A DNA stretch of 64,000 nucleotides from Octopus sinensis (GCF_006345805.1 NC_043003.1:62558001-62622000); one strand, 5' to 3'; counted from the first letter of the stretch, positions 12,168 to 27,040 are shown. Program-made: numbers and translations. The notes: generated by a model from the letters alone, not told the origin.

Positions 12168-12373
12168 CGAAAATCGTGGGCGTAACATTTCAAAACCCCC
12201 TGCAATAGGTGAAAATCTGTGAAGTAGAAACAGTACTGTCCTGTATATTTAGTATTATTATAATTTGTATATATCTATTTTATTATAAATGCAAAACAAC
12301 ACCACAGCAGAATCGACGTAAGCTTAAATAATAAACTGCAATAGGCGAACCGTGATATGGCAAGGGATTACTG
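12168..12373. mobile_element. Partial second copy of the same MITE
   Basis: Shares internal sequence (CCCCTGCAATAGGTGAAAATC) and the right TIR CAAGGGATTACTG+TA with 3828-4193. Confidence 0.75.
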
Positions 12374-13826
12374 TATAAGGTTATGGTTGAAGACAGGAAG
12401 GGTATCCAGTCATAGAAAATCTGCCTCAACAAATTCCTTCTGACCCATACTAGTATGGAAAAGTGGATGTTAAAACAATGAGAATGAAGATTAAGATTAT
12501 TGTGATCCATGATACATTAGATTGTGTATTGCTTGTACACTCATGTTCTTGTTTCTTTACATGGGCCAAATGTGGTTTCTTAATATTAATATATGATTTT
12601 CATTTCACTACAATGTCTTCTATGTGTGCTGTTGATCAGTATCACCTTAATGCATTGCAACATTGAGTAGTTACATAGAAGCTTCACAAATCCAGGGTCC
12701 AGTACTAATCTACGTGTAGTTGTATCTGTATGGACCACAGTGTATTGCTTTACTCTTGGGTCTCTTATCTGTTAAGTCAACCTTGCTGTGAATGTTGTAG
12801 AAGTGTATATCTACAACACATTAAAAATGATGTTCAATCTTGCTTGCTTGCTTACTTGCAATGTTACAGAGCCGAATTTGCACATAATGAGAAAATACTT
12901 TGAAAGTAAAGTGCGCCTGAAATGTGAATGCAAATGGAATAAAACAAGTTTCACATAAATCGCACCAGTGGTTATTGACATATTTGGGGGGTATAAATAC
13001 CCAAAACAGTGCATAATGGGAGAATACTCCAAAAATAACTTAACCTTGAAAGGGGAGAAAATCTAACGTTTCCATAAGGCAGATTATGATGGGCAAAATA
13101 TTTTAAAGTGAAAATGACTTAAAAAATACTATTCGTAACCTTGGTGTGAAATTGTTTTTTTCCATAGTTTCTTTCAAGTGCATTCAACGTATTTCACCTC
13201 CAAAGATTTGACTGCTATTTCTAGCACGCCCTGCTACCACGTAACAACTATTTGTTATAAAGGACCTGAAATACCTGTTACGTGATAGTAGGGTATACAA
13301 GAAGTAGCAGCCAAATCTTTCCTTTTCTGGAGAAAGGAGTTGTTTACGCATGATTTCGATGTCACATTCATTGAAAGCATGCAAAAAACCTGGAAAAGAA
13401 AAATAAAAGCCAACGAAACAAAACTCCATTGCTGGGAAACTCAGACTTCCCTGGTGACCCAACAGGTCATGGGTAGTCTGGTAGTTCTTAATATTCTTGT
13501 CTTTTTTATGTCTCATATATTTATGCTGTTGACAATTATAGTTAGCCGTAGTCAATTCTTTCTGTTTTCTTTTATTGCATGTGGAAAGAGTGACAGTGGA
13601 TTGGTTGTAGAAATTTTGGAACCATGTCTCTAGTTGGTTCATGCAGCTTTGGAGGTGTATAAATGTATGTGATGATAGTGGGAGGATATATGTCATGACA
13701 CCTCTTTATGAATGTTATGTTTTGTGACTGTCTGGGAAAGTTTTGTAGGTAAAGATTAAAAAAAGAATGCATGTGAGGATGGATCCTTTGTAATATTCCA
13801 TTCAGGGAAACTGTAGATTCTAGAAA

Positions 13827-14323
13827 CAGTGGTTCTCAACTGCAGTCCATACGCTGCTTAGGGATCCATATTAAAATTTGCTGTTAAAATTGATACAATA
13901 AATTGGTTATATTTCTGCTATACACAAAATATTTAAACCTTTTCTTTTTTGATACAGAACTGAGAGAGCAATGGTGAGAGAAATGTGTGGGGTGAAGCTG
14001 TTTGGTAAGAGGAGGACTGAGGATTTGATGGGAGTGCTGGGGCGGAGGTATCAGTGGAATGGTTGGCAAGGGTGAATGGAGTGAGGGCATGTATTGAGGA
14101 GGGATGAAAGCATGTTCTGAGGAGGGTGATTGCGTTTGAGGTAAATGGAGTACAAAAGTGAGGTAGACCGAGGAAAAGGTAGAGGGGACAAGTGGAAGAG
14201 AAGATTGGGAGGGTTGGTTGAAAAAGGACGATGCCCAAAACCAGACAGGCGAGATGGTGTGACGGTGGTTGCTATGGCATTGAGGTAGACCCGGTTACCC
14301 CCGTTAACCCAGATTTAAATCAC

Positions 14324-14357
<34 letters not shown>

Positions 14358-14485
14358 CAAGTCCTAATAGAATTTAATTATAAAAATATGGTAAGATATT
14401 TTAAGCATCAAATGACTATGAATGTCCAGCCCAATGAAATAGGAATCTAAGAGACCCATAGATAAAATATGGTTAAGAACTACTG
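13827..14485. mobile_element. hAT-type MITE interrupted by an RTE 3' fragment
   Basis: TIRs CAGTGGTTCTCAAC / GTTAAGAACTACTG, with TTCTAGA-containing sequence on both flanks (imperfect TSD). Confidence 0.65.
13955..14357 (+). mobile_element. 3' fragment of a different RTE family with (GAT)n tail
   Basis: Translation TERAMVREMCGVKL...HVLRRDE...FEVNG...GRPRK; tail at 14326-14357. Confidence 0.8.
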
Positions 14486-14667
14486 TTCTAGAGGCTTGGT
14501 AACATAAGGGATAGTTTACCAGCTGGCATTTTGTGTTGTTCCTTACAAAGACATTTAGTATTTTGTGTGTGGGTAGTTGGAGTGTAAGTTTTGCTGACAT
14601 CACTTATAGTTTGGATAGAGTCTGTAGAGGTTCTTCAATATGGAACCCATCGTGTACTTGTGTATAG

Positions 14668-15005
14668 TCATCATCATCATCATCATCGTCATTTAACGTT
14701 CATTGTCCATGCTGGTATGGGTTGAATGGTTTGACCAGAGTTTGTAAGCTGGAAGGCTACACCAAACTCCAGTCTGATTCAGCATGGTTTTCTACAGCTG
14801 GACGTCCTTCCTAACACCAACCACTGCAAGAGTGTAATAGGTGATTTTACGTGCCACCAGCATAGGTGCCATTTATATGACACCAGTATCTGCCACAACT
14901 GCAGATTTGCTCAGCTCGATGTGTCTTCTTCCCAAGCACAACATAATGCCAAAGGTCTTGGTCATTGCCTCCATGAGGCCTAACACTTGAAAGGAACTCA
15001 GCCAC
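14668..15005 (-). mobile_element. 5'-truncated RTE 3' UTR copy
   Basis: (CAT)n followed by the reverse complement of the UTR end. Confidence 0.8.
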
Positions 15006-15179
15006 TTTGATTGTGAATAATGCAGTGGTTTTGTGTAGTGATGTGCATCTATGTTATAAGTTGTAAAGAAGAATCTATACGCTTGATGATGTTAGGGGTG
15101 AAACTTACTAAGAGTTTTGTTGGTATGCACATGAGTGTGATGGATCTGTATGATGCTGCTTCAGTTGAGGTTTTCTCTT

Positions 15180-15605
15180 TCATCTTTTACTTATTTCAAT
15201 CATTAAATTGTGGCCATACTGAGGTACCATCTTAAATATTTTTAGTTGAATAAACGATCGCAGTACTTAGTTTTACAAAGCCTGGTATTTATTCTATTGG
15301 TCGCTGTTGCTGAACTGCTATGCCACAGGAACATAAACACACCAACACTGGTTGTCAAGCAGTGGTGGGGACAAACACAGACATAAAGATACACATGCAT
15401 GCACACACACACACACACACACACATACACATGCAGTCACCCACACACACAACAGGCTTCTTTCAGTTTCCATCAACCAAATCCACTTACAAGGCTTTTG
15501 CTGGCCCAAAGCTATAGTAGAAGACACTAGCAAAAAGTGTCATGCAGTGGCACTGAACACAGAACCATGTGATTTGGAAGCAAACTTCTTACCACACTTG
15601 CACAT
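15180..15605 (-). mobile_element. SINE family A
   Basis: Similarity to 43336-43760. Confidence 0.8.
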
Positions 15606-16749
15606 CGGCTCCTTGTTGAGTTTCTCAACTGTCCATGTTTCCAGATTCTGAACGTCCAGCAGTGTTGATATAATAATTTACATATTTAAATTTGGATTCT
15701 TTAATTGTTTTCCTGATATCTTATAGGAAACAAAAGACTGGTCAAAATTATTATTGCTTAGGTGAGAGATATCTATCTTGTATTTTGTGTTCTGATCTTT
15801 GCTAATGGATGTGAGAGACCAGACCTAGTTGTTTGGAACATAAAACTTGCAGAATGTTTGGGCTAGATATGATCAGTTTAAATGTTAGAGAATTAAAGGC
15901 ACTTCAGCAACAAACCTCTTCATTATTCAATATATGTTCTTGCCTTTTACTAAGACTGTTGAGTGTGATTTGTTGTTAGAAATAATGGTGAGACATCTGG
16001 ATACTAAAAACTTTATTCAACAACTAAGCTACAGCTGAACTCTACATGATTCATCATTTGTTAAAGAAGGCAGTATCTCAACAATCACACTCCTTTAAGA
16101 AAAAAAAAATCCAGCATTAAACTTATAAGATTTCATATTAATAAGTCTCAGATGAAATCTTTCTGGTGGCTTGATTATTTTCTTTGAATAGCAAAGTTTC
16201 TTAAGAGGAGTGGTGGGTATGACCAGGATTGGCGAAATAATTTCACTGCCTTTACTATAAAAAAGATTTCTCTCTTGAGAAATAGTATTGTAGTGGAATG
16301 ACTAATGCAAGTTGGAAGTGTTGCTGAGATTATGATTTGCTAAGTTCAACTTCAGCAGCTTAACTCTTTTACTTGGAAGTATCAGGCATTATGACAAATC
16401 ATAAAGGAACAACAGTGTCTCCATATTACTTTTCTGAACAAAACAAGCTTGTCATTACATTTAATTACTTCAATTTACTCTAAGGTAAGATTGTCTTAGT
16501 ATGTATGCACACATGCCTCTTTTTCACAATAACAGGAGGTCAGAAGAAATTAGCCAAGAAAGTAGGGAGACACCAACTGGAATAAGGCACTTAAAAAAGC
16601 ATAAAACATTCATGAAATGTTAAATTGGTTACAGTTGAGGTATGAACTGAGTGGAATACTCTAAAAACGAACATCCCCTCAATAGGATTCTGAAAGTTTC
16701 TTACTCATAGATTGATTTCTTTTTATGTACTGTCCAGATTTTTAATTGT

Positions 16750-18560
16750 AAAATATGCTTTTGCTTTACACAATCCCTTGTTGTTTTAGAAAATTTCTCA
16801 CTTTTGTAATCATAAATGAAATGTTTCGATCACTGTGGATATTGCTAGGAATTTCAAATAGAGAAAGTAGCTCTTTGTGGCATTGAACAATAGATTGAAG
16901 ATTGGTATCTATGCAAGAAAACACAGATAGCTAACTATCACTAATTGGTATTTGTTTCAAGATGTTAACTATTTACTTCTAATAAAATCCAACGTGATGT
17001 GTTCCATAGCATTTAGTAGATTTTGTGAAAACTTGATCTGTCAAATTGTAAAGTTTGAGTTTTAGTTCAGAACATAATCATGAATCATATCAGACTTTAC
17101 AAATGTCTTTAATTGTAAAAGTAGGATTGTTCCTATTACATAATGTAAGTCTTCTCGCATGAAAATGTTGAAGGAATTTATAAATTGACTAAGTAAACTG
17201 GCACATTTGAGAGAAGGCATCAGCATGCCCATTTCTTTTCGACACCAATAAATATTCTCAAAACTACAGGAAAGCAAGTTTTATTCTTCAGCACAATATT
17301 TTGTCATTCTTTCTCGTGCGTATACAGAATTTATAATACATAAGCTGGATGTTCTGTTGGTCTACCCAACATCCTTTACATATTCCCTCAACAATTGCAG
17401 CAGCTTCTTAATGGGAGATTTGAAACCTTGTGATAGCATTGAAGCAAGAGAGGTGTCTAATGTGTTAGTCTCAACTGTGAATGGGATGGAATTGTCTATT
17501 GCATAGAGGCAAACATTTTGTGTCAACCTTAATATTTTGGGAGTTGTTAATAGCTTAAAGAAAGTGAAAAAATTATACACATCATAATAGGTCTTGAAAC
17601 AAAAAACATGCTGCCTATTTGCAAGTTTCTTTTTAGGATAAAAAACTTTGGGAGCAGTTGAGTGAATGTATCTTGTCAAAATAAGGAATTATGCAGTGGC
17701 CTTGAATGCTGTATCCAAGGAATTTTATGCTTGTTTTGCTCTCTGATTTCTGTTATAAGCTCCCTTAGAGTTATTGCTTATGATGATGTCATCAAATACA
17801 AGTTGGTAGATTTAAGGTTATTTAGTGAGATTATTTGGGCTTATCTCTCCTTGAAAACACACTACAGCATTTGTAAGATTAAATGAAAGTTTTGTATACT
17901 GATAAAATTCCAAAAAAGCTTAAAAGGCAGTATAACAGTGGTCAATAGTAGCTGATAATAGCCATGTTTTGTATTAATGTTGCTAAAATATGAAAACAAG
18001 ATATTTATCAATTCATGAGCGAAAGTTACTGGAAAAACATTAAGAAGAGTATGAATGTTAATAATGTAGAGAAATCAATGACAAGGTATCATTTGTAACT
18101 TGTGTTTAGTGATTTTATGACTTAAGCTCTCCACAGTGAATTACTGTCTTCTATGATGTCTTCTTTGGGATGGTAATTTAGTGAGGGGTATAACTTTAGG
18201 TTGGCAGAATTTGACAGCAGTAGAGGACTTTCCAGACCATGGAACGTAAATGCTAAAGAAGAGTAGTGAGGCATGAAAATCTGCCATAGTATCAAACCAG
18301 AGCAGAGATTGGGCATAACTAATAGCAACTGCTGTTTGTACAACTTCTTAGCACATCTAATATCATTTTCACATATTCCCATGATATAGAAACCATACTC
18401 TGTAGACACCACCTCCATTTGCCTATCAATAGTCTAATGACTAAATCATTCCACTTAGCAATAAAATTGCCAGTGCTTTTACTGTTAACCAAAGCTTGCA
18501 TTGATTGATGGTTAATTACAACATATATGAGTGCACAAGATGAAAGATGTTCCTATTCCA
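16750..18560 (-). mobile_element. Highly decayed Ty3/Gypsy LTR-retrotransposon pol remnant
   Basis: Domain order on minus strand: protease-like ALVNSKSTGNFI; RT DIIEDSNSLWRA, LVIDFS, GYYQL and frameshifted YL(D)DIII; RNase H AIDNSIPFTVETNTLD; linker ADAFSQ; then weak integrase-like sequence. No LTRs identified. Confidence 0.75.
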
Positions 18561-18960
18561 ATAAAGCAGAACTTAAGTTGAAGAAATTAATGAATAGGAA
18601 ATTAGTTTACCTGGTTAATTTGATGTCCTAAGCATTTAACTTGTGATTTATACAATCAAAGATTGCCTTTTTCAACACTTGTGACATGTAGCATTTCTAA
18701 CTGTGTATTTTTTCTTACCTACCCTGTCTATGTTACCCACAAAAAGAAACAAAGTAACCATTTTTTGAAAACAACTGCTGAAATAGGTTTTTGCTTGGTG
18801 TCATCATTTGGCTGTTATGTTTAGCAGATTGAGTGGCTTCATAGAGACTTCTCCATTTACTTGTTAAATTGGGATTGTTTTTTTGTTGTTTGATGTAGCT
18901 TAATTATAGCCAGAGTTGTTGGCTATTTGTTTTGTAGTTTATTTTAAACACAAACTGTGA

Positions 18961-19280
18961 AGGCATGTGACTTAGCGGTTAGGGTATTTGGCTCGTGACA
19001 TTAGGTCACGAGTTCAATTCTTGGCAGTGCATTGTGTCCTTAAGCAAGACACTTTATTTCATGTTGCTCCAGTTGAATCAGCTGGCAAAATGAGTAGTAC
19101 CTATATTTCAAAGGGCCAGTCTTGCCACATTCTATATCATGCTGAATCTCTCACAGAACTACGTTAAGGGTACACATGTCTGTGGAGTACTCAGCCACTT
19201 GCACGTTAATTTCACAAGCAACTGTTCTTTTGATCAAATCAACCATAACCCTTATCATTGCCCCTGACAGAGTACTAGTT
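18961..19280 (+). mobile_element. tRNA-derived SINE family C (different 3' part)
   Basis: GGCATGTGACTTAGCGGTTAGG...GAGTTCAATTC...GCAAGACACTTTATTTC. Confidence 0.75.
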
Positions 19281-19539
19281 ACCAATTAAGCATAAATGTT
19301 TTCCAGATTTCTGCATTTTTTTTGGCTTTGATTTTTTTTCCTTATTTTCCTGTTTAGCTGCTTGAGGTTCAGTTCATTTCTATTGCAAGGTATTCTTTTA
19401 TTCTTTTAGTCTATAGGCATAATGTTTGAGGTTATCCATAGTTTTTCTAAGGTTCATTTCTTTCACTTGTTTAATTTTCCTTAAAAGATATACTTTTTGG
19501 GAGCTTCTATAACTATTTTGTTAAATAAGTTAAATATAA

Positions 19540-20250
19540 GTGCATCCACGGTTGTGTGGTAAGACGTTTACTTTCTAACCATGTGGTTCCAGGTTCAGTC
19601 CCACAGCATAGCATCTTAGTGTCTTCTACTTATATCCTCAAATCAACTAAAGCCTTGTGAGTGGATTTGTTAGCTGGAAACTGAAAGAAGCCCATCATAT
19701 ATATGTGTGTGTGTGTTTGTGTCTGTGTTTTTCCCCCCACTACACCCTATGACAACTGGTGTTGGTGTACTCTTTTACTCTTTTACTTGTTTCAGTCATT
19801 TGACTGCGGCCATACTGGAGCACCGCCTTTAGTCGAGAAAATCGACCCCGGGGCTTATTCTTTGTAAGCTCAGTACTTATTCTATCGGTCTCTTTTGCCA
19901 AACCGCTAAGTGATGGGGACATAAACATACCAGCATCGGTTGTCAAGCAATGCTAGGGGGACAAACACAGACACACAAACACACATACATATATATACAT
20001 ATATACGACAGGCTTCTTTCAGTTTCCGTCTACCAAATCTACTCACAAGGCATTGGTCGGCCCGGGGCTATAGCAGAAGACATTTGCCCAAGATGCCACG
20101 CAGTGATCCCTGTAAAAAAGACGGATAGAGTAAGTACCGTCCTTAAAAAATACAAGTGCTGGGGTTGATTCATTTGACTAAAAATTCTTCAAGGCAGTGC
20201 TCCAGCATGGCCACAGTCTAATGACTGAAACAAGTAAAAGATAAAAGATA
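19540..20250. mobile_element. Nested SINE family A: younger minus-strand copy (19770-20105) inside an older plus-strand copy
   Basis: The plus-strand copy breaks at ~19768 and resumes at ~20107. Confidence 0.8.
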
Positions 20251-20559
20251 CGTGCTCTTCAGTATCCATGAAGGTGACTGAAGTCAGCAGACCTCAGTTT
20301 TCTCTCAGTGAAAGTAATTCCACTGGACACACTTAATATTCATGAAAGTATTTTTGATTAAGTCAGTAATGGGTAAGTGTTTTGTAACAATGATGCACAA
20401 CAAACAGTGAAAATGACATTCGGGTATTGTTTGCCTTGGGGCTGTGGTAGCCAGGTAAGGTTTAAAGAGGAGTTTCTGTAGTTAACTTGGTGTGTTAATG
20501 TAGGGAGTTTAGGGTGCTAATCTAGATTAGTTGAGATATAAGTTGAGAAGTTCATTTTG

Positions 20560-20727
20560 CATGTGGTTTCATGTTCTGTCCCACCAAGTCTCACCTTAAG
20601 TAAGCGACTTCTGCTATAATCCTGGCTCCACCAATGCCTTGTGAGTGAATTTGGCAGATGGAAACTGAGAGATATTTGCCATATATATATATATATGTAT
20701 ACAAACATACATACATACATGCATGCT

Positions 20728-20762
<35 letters not shown>

Positions 20763-21130
20763 TACATAGATACATACATACATACATGCATGCATACATA
20801 CATGCATGTATGAATGTATGTATGTATGTATATATCTATGTGTGTGTATGTTTGTGTGTGTCTGTCACCCACCATCAATTGACAATTGGTGGTGGTGTGT
20901 TTACGTCTCTGTAACTTAGCAGTTCAGCAAAAGCGACTGATAAAATAAGTACTTGGCTTCAAAAAATATGTCCTAGGGACAATTTGTTTGACTAAAACCT
21001 TTCAAGGCTGTGCCCCAGCATGGTCATAGTCAAATGACCGAAACAAGTAAAAGATAAAAGACAAAACCCTTCAAGGTTGTGCCCCAGCATGGCCACAGTC
21101 CAATGACTGAAACGAGTAAAATATAAAAGA
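20560..21130 (+). mobile_element. SINE family A, decayed, with duplicated 3' end
   Basis: AAAACCCTTCAAGG...CAGCATGG...GTAAAA(G)ATAAAAG occurs twice (20993-21130). Confidence 0.72.
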
Positions 21131-22039
21131 TACCATGGAAACATTTTTACTTTTGTACCCGCATGTATGCATTGACATCTTCCCAGCAATGGTGCGTGTG
21201 AGTATTGTAAGTTGATTAGACAGTTGATGAAATTAATATTAATGTTATTACATAAATGCATTTCATGTTAATTGATTAGATGTATGCTATTGGGGTTTCT
21301 TCTTGTTTAGCTTGTTCTGCCTTAGTGGAGTGTTTAGGGAATCTGAGATGTCCTGTGTTCGAAGTGTAGCATTTATTGTTTCTTGCATGATGGCAGTGAA
21401 AATTTTTTTTGTGATGATGAAATCCTTTAATCTCGTGAAAGATTCCATTCAAAAGGCAAACTGTATAGTTTTATATGTGAAAAAAGAATGAAGTTGCATG
21501 CTTGTGGTATATCAGCACATAGAATGTGAAAATCTATGCAGACTGGAGAGATATGTGTCAAATGCAATCCATTAGTTGCAGAAAGATAACATACTTAAAA
21601 GCAAAGTGCAATTGATGCATTAAAGACATCAGCTGATATGTGCAAGGGTGTATCTGTACTATTGTACTAGTATAGATTGCGATATGAATGGTTGTTTAAC
21701 ACTTTCTAGTTAAAAGCAAGTGTGATAATCTGATTGCAGATGTTAATCATAGCATAGGGAGATCAAAAACGTTGGGAAGAAACTGATTTTTTTTTTTTTG
21801 ATTATCAGAGAATGAGGCATGGTGGCTGTCAATTTTACAAGACACCCTAAATGGAAAAGAATGATACACCTTGGAAAGTATGGATGAGGAGGAGAACAGG
21901 GATCTAGTCCAAAAGCTTACAATGGAGTGAACTCAGTTATATGCATTCTGGGACCAGACAGTAGTGTCAAAACTGACAGCATTATCAGGCCTGCCACTCA
22001 GCTTATTTAATTCATATATAAGATTAGTTAAACTAAGAG

Positions 22040-22237
22040 AAATCTTTTATCTGCTTCAGTCATTGGGCCATGGCCATGCTGGGGCACCACTTTGATGGGT
22101 TTAGTCAAAAAGTATAACCCATTACATTTTTAAGTCTGGTACTTATTTTATCAATCTCTTTTGCTAAACTACTAAGTTATGGGAATGTTAACAAAACAAC
22201 ATAAGTTGCCCAACAGTGGCAGAGGACAAGCACAAAG

Positions 22238-22268
<31 letters not shown>

Positions 22269-22420
22269 ATGGGTTTCTACACAGTTCCCATCAACCAAAT
22301 TCACTTGCAGGGCATTAGTTGACTCAAGGTTATAGTAGAAAACACATCTACAAGGTGCCACATGGTGGGACTGAACCAGGAACCATATGGTTGAAAAGTA
22401 AGCTTCTTAATCATGCAACC
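22040..22420 (-). mobile_element. SINE family A
   Basis: Similarity to 43336-43760. Confidence 0.78.
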
Positions 22421-24394
22421 ATATCAATATTGTTATTCTGTAGACCTAAACAACTCATGCCTGATGGAAAAGTAAAACAAAAATGCCATGTTTATTGCTG
22501 TTCTCATTATTATATAGATTTATCATTTGTATACATAAGTTAATCCTTGACTTCTAGAAAAATATTAAGAATTTTCCATTAAACCTGGAGATTAAGCTGT
22601 ATATGCAGCACTCACTGCCTAGTTTTTATTCTGGTGTTTCTGAGACATGATTCTGGCAACTAGGAATTTTTTTTAATCTTCTTCAAGGATGAAGATATCC
22701 ACAAATATGTTGCATTTCCCTCTAATGTCATAAAAATTTCTTTTTACATAATTCTAATGATTTATCAACAAAACGTTAAGTAACTAGTTCAAGATTTGTC
22801 CTTTTATTATTTTACTTTCTTCTACTCATTGGATCTTACATTGATCCCAGCATTTAGTCTGTTACATTTTATTGATTGACTAGGTTAACCAATTGTTTTT
22901 AGAGTGATGTCCCTTAATGCTGTAAATGCCTTGAAAATATTTACACCACTTTACTCATGTATACAGAAATGAAAGTGCACACACATATATGCATGTTTGT
23001 ATGTATGCTTGTATGTACACAACAGGCTTACACACATTTTCCATCCACTTCATTTCAATATGTATAGGTCAACTTGAAAATTTTGTTGAAGTCTTACTCC
23101 CAAAGAGCAACACAGAACATTTGAACACAGAACAAGTAATTACAAAGCAAAATTCTAAATTTGACAGCCACACCTGAGCCTATAACATTAATAAAAATTT
23201 TTAATAAATATTTATATATTTATATAGTCTAATTTCCTCCTATCACAGTCTCAACTTCATTTTGTTGTATAATATAGTTTTATTATCAATTTGTTTCTTG
23301 GTTTTTGTTTTTTTTTGCGGGGAATTCTTCACAATAAACAAGGAAACTATTATTATTTTGTTGTTGCTATTATTATACATAAACGATAATTTCTGAAATG
23401 TAGCAGCACTAAAATAGATATTGGAATGTCAGTGTCAGAGAAAATTGTACTGCTGTCACTCTATCTTCTAAAAAGTTACAAAATAGAACATTTATATTCC
23501 ATGTGCTAGCTCATATAATGATTTACAACAATTTTAAGAGGGAATCAATTTCTCTTGAGATTTATTCATACACTTTCAAGTTTTGATTTCATTTTTTTTT
23601 TAATTAAAAATACTTTGCTTTAATCGCTCAGTTTCAAATACACATTGCAGTAGATTTCTGCATTATACTTCACTCAAATTATTGACAAATTACTTTCAGC
23701 ATTCTATAATACGACTTGTGTTGTTGCTCTTGTTGCTTATTCCCCAAATTAACCCTGATCAACCAGATTTATGATCAATAAGCATTCCAGCCATGCCTAT
23801 TCCTTCCTTTTTTTTTTCCTGGATGCTGTGTATCTTGGGTCATATTATCCAATATACCTTCCCCCTTCTTTTTTGAGATTATAAAATATAATTTGAGTGT
23901 GCTTTGGTTGTTATTTCTAACAGGTTGAGAGAGGCATAGCCTCACTCACTGGATTGGCAATATATCTTATGTTCATCTGAGATAAGATTATATTGAAGTT
24001 AGAAAGTTTCCATTTAGAAATCTACTTTTAATTTTGAGAGCATAAAATCTATAACATTAAGGTCCTAGATTACTCATCATAGAGTCTTTATTGTTGTACT
24101 GTGTTTCAAGACAAGGTTCATTCCTTTGCTTGCTAAGAGTCCATATCTACTTCATAATTTAGTAGTTAGCTATTGGAAGGTTATCTAGCTATAAAAAGAT
24201 TTTTCCTAATAATATATAAATGTTTCAATTTAGAAAATAATAATGTAATAACATCCCAGCTGTAACTGTTAGATCCTTCCATATACTTTCTGCCAGTTTT
24301 TTTTTGTTTTTAAAGTATTATAATCCCATTGACACACCTCCCAATATATGACAGGTACTTTATTTTATCTACCCAAAGAAGATGAAAGATAAAT

Positions 24395-24790
24395 TGTAGT
24401 CATGGCTGATGCCAGTGTCACATAACTGGCACCTGTGCTGGTGGCACATAAAAAGCACCATTTGAATGTTGGGCCTCATGGAGGTGGTGACAAGTGACCA
24501 AGACCTTTTGTGATATACTGTGCTTGAGAAAACCTGTCAAGCCATGTGAGATCATAGCCATCGCCAATGCTGGAGTCACGTAACGGACGCCCATACCAGT
24601 GGCATGTATAAAAGCACACACTACACTCTTGGAGTGGTTAGCATCCAGCCATAAAGACCATGCCAAATCAGATTGGAATGTGGTGCAGCTCCCCAGCTTA
24701 CCAATTTTCAGTCAAACTGTCTAATCCATGCCATCATGGAAAACAGATACTAAATGATGATGATAACGATGATGATAATGATGATGATGG
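24395..24790 (+). mobile_element. 5'-truncated RTE 3' UTR copy
   Basis: Same UTR motifs and (GAT)n tail. Confidence 0.8.
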
Positions 24791-25632
24791 TGAAGTTGCT
24801 CTCAGTAGGATTTGAACTCAAGTTTTAAAAGAACATAACTAAATACTGCAAGACACTCCCTCCGATACTCCAACATTTATTCCCTCTATAGTCTACAGAT
24901 AAAAAAAGACATATCATCCTTTGGATAGACTTCCTTTCAATTATAGGCAACACAGCTCTGCAAGCCAACAAATTACTCTTCAGTTTCATATTGCTACCAC
25001 TACCAGCTGAAAGGAAACATACCATCTTTCATTATGTACTTGCAGTTAGTTGGACTATGCCATTGAGGGCTAAGTGTCTTTAGTATAAACACATGTCAAT
25101 GCCAATGACAGTTGTCTGATACACTATCAACTTGGCCAGCAATGCTCTCATATCCAATCTCTGATAATATGAAAACATGAATCTGGAAACAGGGAAAAAA
25201 AATGTTTATAGCTTCTGCACTAATATCTATTTTCACTAAAATAAACAGAGTTGCAAAACTTTTCTTTTTAGTTAATGCCAACACTACAACACAAATTGCA
25301 ATATTTACTTTCTTGTGCAGAATCTGACAGAAAGCAAAAAACCAAACGAACAAACACTGTATTGGTTAATGGAAAGTATTATGTGTCAACCATGGATATT
25401 TTACACTATTTTCACTTACCGTTTCATAGATACCTGTCACTTCTTCAGTTCTTTTTTTTCTGTTTTTTTTTTGCTCTGACATTCTCTGATGAAAATGCTC
25501 TTACCATGAGAGCCTTCCCTTACACACGATTATGGTTATGATTCACATAAGCAAACTTAAATTGCATGAATTTAGTTTATATAGTGCAACCTGACTTTAT
25601 TTTAGATCTGCAACATATATATGTAATGTATG

Positions 25633-25664
<32 letters not shown>

Positions 25665-25754
25665 ATATGATTAGATATGTATGAATGTATATATACACAC
25701 ACACAGACACACGCATATACATTTATATATGTATATACACACACATACATACAG

Positions 25755-25795
<41 letters not shown>

Positions 25796-26604
25796 GTACC
25801 TATACATGCATACATATGTATACAATCACACGTATGTGTGTATTCTTATATAGGATTAATTACTTATATAGACTATGATCGTTTACAAATGGAACCCAGT
25901 CTATCCACAGATTAAGTTTATGCACACAGATTATATACAACTCTTCCTTCTCTGTCTGTACAATTCCATACTGTATAATTTTATGTTATGTCATGAATGA
26001 CACTTACTCCAAAGACTAATCTTTGTTTAACAAATTTGAGTATGTTTTTAGTAAATAGGATAAAATATTTGCCTGCTGTGTCAATACATACAGAACATCT
26101 AAAATATCTTTTATATATTTGCTATGCCATTTGTGTTCAAATTTCTGCGCTCTTTTAGTGTTATAGCCATCTGTGTTGCTAATCATTTCTTTTGTATTAA
26201 GAGATTCTAAGCCAGTTACTCATACAACCTTGATATTTGTCAAGTTGACTTACCTCTTATGCATTTGAGGTTTTTGTTAAAAACTATTATTAATTCATTG
26301 CTACATGCAGGTCCTAATACTATTGTTAAAGCTTCAAATTCTTATTGAAGAAGAGACTTATTGATTAAATCTCTCTATAAATGTAGTTTTTTTTTTTCAA
26401 TATATTGCTGTTCTTGGGTATTAGATTTTCTACAACCAACTAACATTCTTTGTTAGAATAGTAATCAGTTTTATTAATACTGTTATTTGTGTATTAAATA
26501 AAATATGCAATGTTGTCTTTCACAATTTTCACATGGAAATTAATTTTATCAAATTTAGAGTTTACTGGAATTACAACTATACAGGATTTTTTTAATTGGC
26601 CTCT

Positions 26605-27040
26605 ATCTTTTACTTGTTTCAGTCAATTGAGTGTGGCCATGCTGGGGCACTGCCTTGAAGAATTTCTTATTGAATGAATTGACCCCAGTACTTGTTCTTT
26701 TTTTAAAGATTGTACTTATTTCATCGGTCTATTTTGCCAAGCTGTTAAGTTATGGGCCTGTGGACACACAAACACTGGTTGTCAAGTGGTGATAGGGGAG
26801 AAACACAGACACAAAGACACATATACGCATGCATGCATGTGCATGTACACACACACACATGCACACACACACATAAGCAACAGGCTCTTTTCAGTTTCTG
26901 TCTACCAAATCTGCTCACATGGCTTTGTTTGTCCCAATGCTGTAGTAGAAGACATTTGCCCAAGGTGCCACACTCTTGGACTGAACAAGGAATCATGTGA
27001 TGAGGAAGCAAACTTCTTGCCACACAGCCATACCGGCACC
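26605..27040 (-). mobile_element. SINE family A
   Basis: Similarity to 43336-43760. Confidence 0.82.

Noticed and set aside
25484-25525. CTGATGA followed by a hairpin
   Set aside because: No GAAA or UH strand in register.
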